IMG/VR virus record: IMGVR_UViG_3300017589_000080
Coordinates: 1 to 64,000 of that record
Strand: one strand, 5' to 3'
Source of the DNA: a virus
Taxonomy: Duplodnaviria; Caudoviricetes
DNA: 64,000 nt
The notes beneath the pieces were generated by a model that was not told the origin of the DNA, searched no databases, and saw nothing but the letters and a program-made list of their open reading frames with translations. A program made the translations under genes and the position numbers. Shown in pieces: positions 25,465-34,436 of the stretch (the stretch's first letter is position 1; every line of letters begins with the position of its first letter).

Positions 25465-28371
25465 ATGGCTCAAGTAGCAAATATCTCAAAAGAAGGGGAT
25501 TTTAGTATTATATCAGAAGTTGACTCAAGACTACCATCTGTTAACTCTGAATTAACTGCTTATTTCCCTTTTGATGGTAAGGGGGGCACAGTTGATGTGG
25601 TACAGGGGTATACTAACACTCAGGGTACTGCATCTAAAGTAAATATATTAGAGAGTTTAAGTAAATCTTGGACTGATCCTTCTAACTGGACTGGGTCTCC
25701 TTATTGGGATTTTAATGAACAGGCTCTTGTGTTCCCAAATTCAGGAACAGTATTATCTAATCCCATTCCCATAGACACTTCAAAACACTGGTTTCTTGAA
25801 GCAACAATGAAAGAAAGTATAGGGTCTACAGGAGGAATGTACTTAGGGACTATATCTTATGATGCAAATATGAATCAGCTTACAGGACATCCTGGAAGTT
25901 ATGATTATTTTGGTAATGTGGGTTCTGCTTGTCCTACTACTTGGACAATATACAATAATAATATAATAGGTGGTATTAATGGTAATGGGAGAACTGGTGA
26001 AAATACAAATGCAGGAGATTATGCATCTTGGCACACAGGAACTAAGTTTGCTCGTATTATGATTCTTCCTAATTATAGTGGATCGGGGAAAACTTACGTA
26101 AAAGACTTAAAATTTTACTATAGTGATGCTGATACTTCTAATACTATAATTACAAATAAAGGAATATCTATTGAAGAGGGGACAACTAATTATGTAGTCT
26201 CTCCTTTAGACCCATCAGGTGGGTGGCAAGGAAGAACTTCTACAATAATTCCTTATTACAATCTCCCTTTAGGGAAGGGTTATGAGGATCTACCAGAAAA
26301 TGCTAAAGGGTACAAAATGGATAAAACCTGTAATGCAAATACATGGTCTGGTAATGCATATTCTTATACGAATGTGAGAAATCACCCATGTGTTATAAAT
26401 GTTAAGTATTCTATAAGTGTGTGGTGTTTTGTGTCTTCAGATTTTAATGGAACATGGGCAATGCTTGAGTGCGAAGGAAGTAGTAGTGGCTCAATAAATT
26501 ATGATATGTCTAAAAAAGGGACATGGCAAAAACTTACTATGACTAATACTGCAACAGCTACAGGAACTTTTCCAACACACCTATATTGGTGTAAAGGTGG
26601 AGTTACTGATTTTTCAACTTTAGAAGGGTATGTGATTTATTTAGCTCCTCAGATAGAAGAAAAAGCTTATGTTACTTCTTTTGTAAATGGATCAAAAGGA
26701 ATGGCTCAGATTAATATATTAACTAATATAGGGGTAAAAGATTTTACTATAGTTGGAGAGTTCATTCCTAATCAAAACTCTGATCTACTTCCTGATGGAT
26801 CTTATTTTCTGAATTTAGGGGGAGGTTTTATAATAAGCACTTATCAACAAGTTCCTTATTTAGCAGGTAATACTATAGCAGGTGCAGGAGGACATAATGT
26901 ACATCTTGACTATAATACCACTCCAAACAGTAAGGTAACCTACATTATACAGAGAAGTGGGACAACTTTTTCTTGGAGGATGATTGATACAAATGGTCAA
27001 GATGTAACATGGATTAAAACTCATACTAATGTACCTTTAATCTCTATTTCAACCTTGGTATTTTATGGGTCTTGGGGAGGAAAACATAAAAATCTATCTA
27101 TTTATAATAAAGTTTTATCAAGTACTGAAATAAGTGAGATGTTAAAGAGTAGGTTTCATTTAAATAAGATGGGTTCCCTTTTAAATGAGATCATAGAAAG
27201 ACCTTATGGAATTCCTCTTGATGCTTATTACTACCCCTTAGGTCTTGATACTAAAGATGAATATAAAAATTACTCCTCTTCCACTGCAAATAACTTAGCT
27301 TATGAGGAGGGGAGTGTATGGGTAGGTAGCTCTTCCACTAATCTATTACAACCTTTAGAGCCTAGTTGGGGAGTTTGGGGAGGGTTTACAGGCTCATCTA
27401 CTAATTTTTTAGCACCTGACGGAACTAATGGTGTTCATTTATCAGCTCTAACTTCGGGAGGGTGTCGTTGGTATGGTCCTGGAAACCGATTCAATGCCAG
27501 TGGCTCTAGCCTTTACATGGTAACAGCTATAGTAAAATATACAGTTGAGCCTTCTGTTAATTTATTTTATATAAGACAATATAGAGCTGACAACACTCAA
27601 ATTTCTGAGTTTGGGATTTTTAGTCCATCAGGAAAAGTGTCTTTAGGGAATGGATGGTATAGAGTAAGTAAAACTTTTACCAGTTCCTCTGAATGTACCA
27701 CTTTCTCAGTTGAGGGTTATGAATATGGTGTAACTGATGTATATATGTATAATATACAATGTGAACAGAAGTCTTTTCCAACGCCATACGTAAATGGGAC
27801 TAGAAGTACTAGTTACATAGCATTTAATTTTAACTCGTCCATTGGTTTAAGTTGGGCTGGTGACTGGTCAATTGTTTATTGGAAAAAACCAGTAGCTACA
27901 CATTCTAATAATTTAACAGGATATAATATAGAATCTCTTGGGTGTAATGGTAATAGCACTGGAGGAGGTTATACTTGGTGGGGTAAGACAGATGGAGTAG
28001 ATACCATTAATAGCTCGAATCCTTTAGGATTTACACCAAGTAAGTTTTTTAATAAATGGAGAATGGTTAGTTTAGTTAAATCAGGGACTACAGTGATTGT
28101 AAAAGAATGGTCTCAGGAAGCTGTACATATAAGAACTATATCAACCACAAATACAGTGTCTAACTATTATGTTACTCAGTATGGTTATGACTTTAAGATG
28201 AGTGGCTGGGATAATGGAAACTCTTGTAACTCATATTTTAGAGATTTAATTGTTACTAAAAGAGCATTAACAGATATAGAAGTAAGCAATTTATATAAAA
28301 ATATGCTAACTGATAATAAATTAGGAGATGTTTATATTCAAAATCAATTAATGGAAGGAGATGTATTTTAA
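25465..28371 (+). CDS. multi-domain receptor-binding protein (LamG/carbohydrate-binding-like)
   Basis: Internal duplication (AYFPFDG / AYYYPLG; IEEGTTN / YEEGSV; QIEEKAYVTSFVNG / QCEQKSFPTPYVNG); Trp/Tyr-rich beta domains. Confidence 0.75.
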   Translation: MAQVANISKEGDFSIISEVDSRLPSVNSELTAYFPFDGKGGTVDVVQGYTNTQGTASKVNILESLSKSWTDPSNWTGSPYWDFNEQALVFPNSGTVLSNPIPIDTSKHWFLEATMKESIGSTGGMYLGTISYDANMNQLTGHPGSYDYFGNVGSACPTTWTIYNNNIIGGINGNGRTGENTNAGDYASWHTGTKFARIMILPNYSGSGKTYVKDLKFYYSDADTSNTIITNKGISIEEGTTNYVVSPLDPSGGWQGRTSTIIPYYNLPLGKGYEDLPENAKGYKMDKTCNANTWSGNAYSYTNVRNHPCVINVKYSISVWCFVSSDFNGTWAMLECEGSSSGSINYDMSKKGTWQKLTMTNTATATGTFPTHLYWCKGGVTDFSTLEGYVIYLAPQIEEKAYVTSFVNGSKGMAQINILTNIGVKDFTIVGEFIPNQNSDLLPDGSYFLNLGGGFIISTYQQVPYLAGNTIAGAGGHNVHLDYNTTPNSKVTYIIQRSGTTFSWRMIDTNGQDVTWIKTHTNVPLISISTLVFYGSWGGKHKNLSIYNKVLSSTEISEMLKSRFHLNKMGSLLNEIIERPYGIPLDAYYYPLGLDTKDEYKNYSSSTANNLAYEEGSVWVGSSSTNLLQPLEPSWGVWGGFTGSSTNFLAPDGTNGVHLSALTSGGCRWYGPGNRFNASGSSLYMVTAIVKYTVEPSVNLFYIRQYRADNTQISEFGIFSPSGKVSLGNGWYRVSKTFTSSSECTTFSVEGYEYGVTDVYMYNIQCEQKSFPTPYVNGTRSTSYIAFNFNSSIGLSWAGDWSIVYWKKPVATHSNNLTGYNIESLGCNGNSTGGGYTWWGKTDGVDTINSSNPLGFTPSKFFNKWRMVSLVKSGTTVIVKEWSQEAVHIRTISTTNTVSNYYVTQYGYDFKMSGWDNGNSCNSYFRDLIVTKRALTDIEVSNLYKNMLTDNKLGDVYIQNQLMEGDVF

Positions 28372-29147
28372 TGGGATCTTTAAGAGGTGGAACTACCATT
28401 GGAGGGTTTCTAGCAACACATTATGATAATTTTAGACTAATGTTAAAGAATCTTACTAATATAACGTTAACTGGAGAAGTGACAGGAACTGCTAAATTTG
28501 ACGCTGATGGAAATCTTTCAATGGCAACTTCTTTAACTGCTGCTGATGTTTTAGCAAAGATTAAAACAGTTGATGGATCGGGAAGTGGTTTAGATGCAGA
28601 TACTGTTGATGGTATGAATGTAGTTTCTGGGTCACCTACGGCAAGTTCAATCGTAGCACGTACCTCAGATGGCTATATCTATGCAAATTATTATAATAGT
28701 AGTCGGGGAGAAGAAGGAACAGCAGCAGCATCTTATATTTATGATACAGGTGATGGATGGATGCGTAAGAAATCATTAGCGAATGTAAGAACTGAAATAA
28801 TGGGTGTTGGTAGCGGAACTTCTTTTATGAGAACAGATGCTAATACAGCAACAACGGGTTCAATAGATGTCAGTGGTGGGTCAGGAACAGCTTATAATAC
28901 AGCCCCTATAGAAATACTAATGGGTTTTCCCAGAATAGGATTTCATATACCAGGTGTCGTAGCTTCTCAAGTAGGGATGAATAGTAGTGGAGAGATTGTT
29001 GCATATAATAATCCAGGAACAGGTTATACTGCTTTTAGAGCTGCTGCTATTTATACAAATGATGTCCCAGTGTCTACTACTAAAGTATATTATCAAGCAG
29101 CAACTCCAACAATGAATAATGGAGATATCTGGTTTAAAATTATATAA
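28371..29147 (+). CDS. tail fibre protein
   Basis: DVLAKIKTVDGSGSGLDADTVDG motif shared with 24355. Confidence 0.8.
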   Translation: MGSLRGGTTIGGFLATHYDNFRLMLKNLTNITLTGEVTGTAKFDADGNLSMATSLTAADVLAKIKTVDGSGSGLDADTVDGMNVVSGSPTASSIVARTSDGYIYANYYNSSRGEEGTAAASYIYDTGDGWMRKKSLANVRTEIMGVGSGTSFMRTDANTATTGSIDVSGGSGTAYNTAPIEILMGFPRIGFHIPGVVASQVGMNSSGEIVAYNNPGTGYTAFRAAAIYTNDVPVSTTKVYYQAATPTMNNGDIWFKII

Positions 29148-29165
29148 TTAAGAGAGGTCATCTAG

Positions 29166-30470
29166 ATGGCATATAATGAACAATGGACTGATACTGGATG
29201 GCAGGTATGTGCATATTGTGATAATGTTAGAAAGTTCTCACAACGGTGTAGAGTAAGAGCTGTCACCAATGATAATGGCACAACTTTTGCAGATGTCTAT
29301 GTCGATCTTAGTGCATATAACTCTGGTAGTTACTGGGGTTACGCAATAAGAGGTAGATATGCATCAGGGAGCATTCAGTTAAAAGGCACTGAAAGTTCTT
29401 GGGCTACTGATAAGACTGTTAGTTGGGGAGGTCAAGGTCTTGGTGGAGTAGCATCAGGGACAAGTTATATCACATGGGGTACAGAATCAGACTATGGTAG
29501 TCCTGATATACGTGGATTAACATTTAGTTATCCAGTATCGCCAACAACATGGGGATCTCCTGTATGGATTGGACTTAATTCAACAATGACCACAGGTCAG
29601 CCAGAGATAAATGCAACATGGGCAAGATACTCTAATTCAACTTATTGTCAATTTCAACTAAGAGGGACAATGAATGGGGCGATTATATTTAATAGAGGTT
29701 ATAACAGAAATGTACTGTCTTCTAAATTTACCTTAGATAAACATGAATTGGCTCGTTTATTTGATGCTCTTGGAGAGAGTACTACTGGAACTTTAAGTGT
29801 TTCAATTATTGGAAGGTACTTGGGTAATGGATATGGAACAGCAAGTAATTCAATTAATGTTACTGTAACTAAGAACTCTACAAAATTACTTCCTTTACAA
29901 GCTGATATGCATACTAAGAATAGTTCAGTGTCAGCAGACCCTATTCGAGTTCTTCCATATACAAATTTAGATCTATATGAATATGCTGAACCAATAACTC
30001 TAAAAAATTACAATGATCTGGCGTGGCCAGCAATTCCTGATAATTATTCGTATGATTTTATATTTGAAGAGGTATCAGTTGGAGTTAAGGAATATAATCC
30101 GAAACATTGTGCATTTTCTACTGAGTGGGGACTTCCTTATGATAAGGGAATAAGAGTTTTAAAATCTGGATGGTATACAGTAGCAGCTCAATTATATATT
30201 TCAAATAATAACTCAAGAGGTATACTGGAGATTATAAGGTGGAATAGTAGTGGGGCTTTAATTGACTCAAAGTTAGCTAATTTTGGATATCCAGCAGATA
30301 TCTACACAGGAGTTACAACCAACTTAACAATGTATGTTTCAGCAGGAGAGGCATTGTCTATGAGATGGTCAAATGCAAATAATATAACAGGCAGACTTCA
30401 TAATTCATTAGGGACTCACTTTACCATATTCCCTTTGTCTTATTCAGAAAATCTAATAGTGGGAGGGTGA
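29166..30470 (+). CDS. fibre/structural protein, N-terminal paralog of 19936
   Basis: MAYNEQWT...CDNVRK...RAV..DNG...AD.YVDL; C-terminal TNF/C1q-like segment GWYTVAAQL. Confidence 0.75.
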   Translation: MAYNEQWTDTGWQVCAYCDNVRKFSQRCRVRAVTNDNGTTFADVYVDLSAYNSGSYWGYAIRGRYASGSIQLKGTESSWATDKTVSWGGQGLGGVASGTSYITWGTESDYGSPDIRGLTFSYPVSPTTWGSPVWIGLNSTMTTGQPEINATWARYSNSTYCQFQLRGTMNGAIIFNRGYNRNVLSSKFTLDKHELARLFDALGESTTGTLSVSIIGRYLGNGYGTASNSINVTVTKNSTKLLPLQADMHTKNSSVSADPIRVLPYTNLDLYEYAEPITLKNYNDLAWPAIPDNYSYDFIFEEVSVGVKEYNPKHCAFSTEWGLPYDKGIRVLKSGWYTVAAQLYISNNNSRGILEIIRWNSSGALIDSKLANFGYPADIYTGVTTNLTMYVSAGEALSMRWSNANNITGRLHNSLGTHFTIFPLSYSENLIVGG

Positions 30471-30471
30471 A

Positions 30472-31041
30472 ATGGATAAAAGAATAGATTTAGAGGTTAA
30501 CTCAGCTAGCACAGATATTAATTGTGTTAGAACGAGAACTGGTGTAATGAAAAGAGTAGATACTGTTGACCCAGGAGTATTTTTCTGTAGAAATCAGGTA
30601 GACGGTGTTTGGGATCCTTCCATAATAACAGCTGGGATGGTTCCGATGAATAGAGCTGCAGGAGGGACCAACCCAGTAACAGATTATGCTGAAGTAATGA
30701 CGTCAGGTAATGGTCAGGTGCTTATCAAAAAGACTGGATGGTATAATGTAGAAACTTATTTTCATAGTTCAGATGCTACAACAGTTCCAGCTCTAGTTTT
30801 AACCATAACAAAAGAAACAGCAGGAGTGTCATCTTCTATTGTAACTCATGATACTCAAGATATGACATTTTGGGCAGGAAACTCTAGAATGCAGTCAACA
30901 GCAGATGCATTAGTATATCTTTTAGCAAATGATAAGATATGGATGACTATAAAAGAATCTCATGCAGTGAATTGGTTTAGAGTTAGTGCAGACTCGCACA
31001 TAATAATTAATCCATACTGTTATCTTGGAAATGAATATTAA
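30472..31041 (+). CDS. fibre-associated beta-sandwich protein
   Basis: IKKTGWYNV...A..LV.L..ND.I pattern, TNF/C1q-like. Confidence 0.65.
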   Translation: MDKRIDLEVNSASTDINCVRTRTGVMKRVDTVDPGVFFCRNQVDGVWDPSIITAGMVPMNRAAGGTNPVTDYAEVMTSGNGQVLIKKTGWYNVETYFHSSDATTVPALVLTITKETAGVSSSIVTHDTQDMTFWAGNSRMQSTADALVYLLANDKIWMTIKESHAVNWFRVSADSHIIINPYCYLGNEY

Positions 31042-31050
31042 GGAGAGGTT

Positions 31051-32490
31051 ATGGCTTTAGTAAATGTAGAAACAAATATTAAATATGATGGTGTTGTCAA
31101 GCCTTTAAGTATAGCAACTTCAACAGACATGATAAAGAAACCAAAACCTTTTGGAGTTAAGATGTCTGGAGACATTGTTAGTGCAGGAGAAATCTTGATG
31201 CAATACAGTCTTCCAATAGATTCTAATTATGTCTCCTCAAATGAATATGCTGAGCTCTATGAAATGGGACAAGGGAGAATAGGAATTCTTAAGAATGGGT
31301 TTTATAAACTCTCAATATATTCTACCATAAGTGATGCTAATGGTAATAATGTAGGAAAAGCTTATATAAGAGTTAAAGATAAAAGAGCTGATTCTCAATT
31401 AATGATTCTAGAGAATTCATTTGCTCCAACAGTAGACGGGATGCATCGGAAATCCTGGTCAACTTATGCTTATCTATACAAAACAATGTATCTGGAAAGT
31501 AATACACAATGTTGGACAAACTGGGATAATATGGGACAAGGTAATTATAGAGTTGCAGGATATTTAAATACAACACTAATAATTACACCAGTTTACTATT
31601 TATCTGATGACAGAAGTGATTACCATGTAAGGAATCTCCCTACTCAGATAAGATATGTTAGAGATTGGCTCTGTGGTAGCAGTGTAAGCACTGGTAGTCA
31701 TTGGGTAGAAATTCAAGCATTTGACTCAGGTGGAACTAATAGAGCACTAAATAAGTCAGTGTACAGCTCTTGGGGTTCAACTTCAGGAGTGCTGGTAGAT
31801 GGGGCAACTGCTACAGGATCATATATTGATGGACCTGTTTCTACAAACTGTTCTATGTGGGTAGATCTTGGAGCTCTTTATACAATCCCTAAGATAAAAG
31901 TGTGGCATTATCATGGAGATAATCGAATGTTCTTTGGAACTAAAACAGAAGTATCTCCTGATGGATATAATTGGTATCCTTTCTTTGACAGTTCTGTAGA
32001 AGGATTATATATTGAGAATAGTCTTGGTAAACTACATGATAGAACCTACAAGACAACAATCCCAAAACAATTTAGATATATCAGAGATACTGCCAATGGA
32101 AGTACTTCTAACTCAGGAACTCACTGGGTAGAGATAAAAGCTTTCAATGAAGCAGGAACTAATATTGCATTAAATAAAACAACATCTAGTTCATGGGGTG
32201 GTGTTTATCCTGTTTGGTGCGATGGTAGTATTGACAGTGCTTCATATGCAGGTATAGAAGCTGCAAATCAATGGATTAAGATTGATCTTGGTGCTCTATA
32301 TACCATTCCATTGGTTAAGGTTTGGCATTATTATGCAGATAAAAGGATCTATTATCAAACGAAGACAGAAGTATCCGTTGATAATGTTAATTGGATACCT
32401 ATCTATGATAGTTTAAATGAAGGATTATATAGAGAAACATTACATGGTAATGCAATTTCAACAAAGAATCTAGAATATAATGTAGTCTAA
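31051..32490 (+). CDS. receptor-binding protein with tandem discoidin (F5/8-type C)-like domains
   Basis: Two copies of RY.RD...GS...G.HWVEI.AF...GTN.ALNK...DLGALYTIP..KVWHY...TKTEVS.D..NW. Confidence 0.8.
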   Translation: MALVNVETNIKYDGVVKPLSIATSTDMIKKPKPFGVKMSGDIVSAGEILMQYSLPIDSNYVSSNEYAELYEMGQGRIGILKNGFYKLSIYSTISDANGNNVGKAYIRVKDKRADSQLMILENSFAPTVDGMHRKSWSTYAYLYKTMYLESNTQCWTNWDNMGQGNYRVAGYLNTTLIITPVYYLSDDRSDYHVRNLPTQIRYVRDWLCGSSVSTGSHWVEIQAFDSGGTNRALNKSVYSSWGSTSGVLVDGATATGSYIDGPVSTNCSMWVDLGALYTIPKIKVWHYHGDNRMFFGTKTEVSPDGYNWYPFFDSSVEGLYIENSLGKLHDRTYKTTIPKQFRYIRDTANGSTSNSGTHWVEIKAFNEAGTNIALNKTTSSSWGGVYPVWCDGSIDSASYAGIEAANQWIKIDLGALYTIPLVKVWHYYADKRIYYQTKTEVSVDNVNWIPIYDSLNEGLYRETLHGNAISTKNLEYNVV

Positions 32491-32501
32491 GGAGGATTAT
32501 T

Positions 32502-32936
32502 ATGGAAAGAGTACTTATTGGATATGAAGGAAGAGCTCCTGGAGAGATAAATGTTTTCAGAGTTGCACAGGAGATCAAAGATGTGGGTATCATATTTACA
32601 AATCTCCAGATTGATACAGATACCAATGGTCAAGTTTATTTAATACTTGAGAGCAATGAATATTACTTAACAATTAAAGATCAATTAGAGTTGTTAATTT
32701 CAATACATGAACCAATACCAATTCCAATGACTGCTGTTACATTCGATAATCTTCAACAGAAAGTTGTTGACACTGAAGCTGAGAATGTAAGACTTAAGTT
32801 GGAGATCGATAACTTATCTAAGAAGATGGTTGAAGATAAAGTTATAAGTGATGAAGTTAATGCTTCATACGATGTTGTTTTACAAGAGATATTATTTGAA
32901 ATTATTCCTGACTTACAATCTCAGATACTTTCATAA
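32502..32936 (+). CDS. tail fibre assembly-like coiled-coil protein
   Basis: SD AAGGAGG; position at the end of the fibre block; C-terminal coiled coil. Confidence 0.65.
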   Translation: MERVLIGYEGRAPGEINVFRVAQEIKDVGIIFTNLQIDTDTNGQVYLILESNEYYLTIKDQLELLISIHEPIPIPMTAVTFDNLQQKVVDTEAENVRLKLEIDNLSKKMVEDKVISDEVNASYDVVLQEILFEIIPDLQSQILS

Positions 32937-32976
32937 TATAGATTTAAATCTACACCGAAAGGAGGTGATTATTATA

Positions 32977-33126
32977 ATGGCTGGTTATTTAGCAGAAAAG
33001 ATTATGGACGGTGTTCAGACTTATGCAAAGATCTTCAGTATCTCTTACTATAAGAAGTACCAAGAAGATGTTGATGCTATTCTTATCTTAGAAGGTAAGG
33101 ATGATCTTATTACACCTTTAGTTTAA
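32977..33126 (+). CDS. CD1375/XkdX-like small protein (49 aa)
   Basis: SD GGAGGT then ATG 32977; MAGYLAEKIMDG...Y...VDAIL..EGK.DL. Confidence 0.7.
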   Translation: MAGYLAEKIMDGVQTYAKIFSISYYKKYQEDVDAILILEGKDDLITPLV

Positions 33127-33168
33127 TTACTTGGATCGAACTCGTGTTTAAAGAAAGAAGGAATTATT

Positions 33169-33927
33169 ATGAATGATGCACAAATACAAGGCAACCTTTA
33201 TGCTTTAAACTACTCTCCTGGACCTTTAGATGGTCAAATAGGAACGCTGGGTACTGGTGCTGTTAGAACAGCTCAATCAGGCTATGGCATTGAAGTAGAT
33301 GGAGTTCCAGGTCCAGTTACGCAAGGTAAGTTGATGGGTCAATTGGCAGTTGTTCAGCAACGGTTAAAAGACTTAGGATATTACAATGGAGATATTGATG
33401 GCATCTGGGGACCAATGACTCATGCTGCAATTATTGCATTCCAGATAGATAATGGATTATCTGATGATGGTATCGTTGGAGATTATACATCTGAAAAACT
33501 CTTTGGAACTGCTGCACCATCTCAACCTGCTGCACCACCTGCAAGTAATCCTATTGATGGTGACATGTATACAGAACACTTCTCTAAGTTTGAAATGAGT
33601 TGTGAATGTATCTGGCAAGGAGGTCCAGGTTATTGTAGTGGTCATCTTGGTGAAATGCATCCTGAGCTAATGAGAAGACTAGAGCTGGTTAGACAAGAGC
33701 TTAATATTCCAATGTCAATTAGTTCAGGCTTCAGATGTGATCAACTCAATGCTGATGTTGGTGGTGTCTGGGATAGCTATCATAAACTTGGTCGTGCCTG
33801 TGATGTTCCATGTATCTCTGCAAATGGATACTCTGTTGATGAAATGGCTAACTGTGGTGAACGACATGGTCTTAAAACTATTCGTTATTACAATGATCGT
33901 TTCGTTCATTATCAATGGAATGATTAA
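33169..33927 (+). CDS. endolysin: peptidoglycan-binding repeats + peptidase M15 (M15A-type)
   Basis: VQQRLKDLGYY.GDIDGIWGP.T..A...FQ...GL..DGIVG (PG_binding_1); SSGFRC...NADVGG...SYH..GRACD...FVH. Confidence 0.92.
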   Translation: MNDAQIQGNLYALNYSPGPLDGQIGTLGTGAVRTAQSGYGIEVDGVPGPVTQGKLMGQLAVVQQRLKDLGYYNGDIDGIWGPMTHAAIIAFQIDNGLSDDGIVGDYTSEKLFGTAAPSQPAAPPASNPIDGDMYTEHFSKFEMSCECIWQGGPGYCSGHLGEMHPELMRRLELVRQELNIPMSISSGFRCDQLNADVGGVWDSYHKLGRACDVPCISANGYSVDEMANCGERHGLKTIRYYNDRFVHYQWND

Positions 33928-33953
33928 AAGTTACATGGTCAAGTAATATTTAT

Positions 33954-33990
33954 GGAGATTAGTCTTAATTGATTAGTCTCCTTTTTATTT
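33954..33990 (+). terminator. intrinsic terminator after endolysin
   Basis: GGAGATTAGTC pairs with GATTAGTCTCC (two G-U pairs), then TTTTTATTT. Confidence 0.85.
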
Positions 33991-34372
33991 ATACATGGTT
34001 AGAAAAAACTTTACATTATCTCTCAATGTCATCTTAATATTAATAAGAATAGTAATCTGTATAGTAACTTATAAAGGAACAATAAAAAGAATAAGAAGAA
34101 GTGTTATTAACTGTCTTATTATCTATTATCTTATTAATATCTCTCTTAATTATCTGTTAATCCTCTATTATCTTTCAGTTATCTCTCAATCTGTGTCTGT
34201 CTGTCATTATTACCTGTGTTGAAATCTATGTGTTTTCTGTGGTTTGTATGCATTTAACTCAGTGAAAAAGAAAGAATTCTCTCAAAATCAACTGAAATTA
34301 ACCAAAATCGTTCATTTAATTAAGATATCCTTAAAACTGTCCTGTAGATCGATCATGATGAAGATTAACCCG

Positions 34373-34407
34373 ACCTGAATTGTTAAAAGAGGGTCGTAAT
34401 TAGACCT
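34373..34407 (+). promoter_or_regulatory. conserved 35-bp element B, copy 2 (upstream of portal)
   Basis: ACCTGAATTGTTAAAAGAGGGTCGTAATTAGACCT. Confidence 0.75.
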
Positions 34408-34436
34408 GTTCGAAAAGTCTGTAAGGAGGATATTGA

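Noticed and set aside
19936-29300. Diversity-generating retroelement TR/VR pair suggested by the near-duplicate gene starts
   Set aside because: Differences affect all four bases rather than only adenines, the repeat is at the 5' ends, and no reverse transcriptase is in the window.
32939-32952. Perfect 14-bp palindrome TAGATTTAAATCTA
   Set aside because: Single AT-rich occurrence with no second copy or supporting context.
33995-34222. 75-aa hydrophobic ORF as a holin
   Set aside because: It starts right after a strong terminator, has no SD and arises from low-complexity T-rich DNA; not listed as a CDS, kept only as an alternative in the spacer finding.
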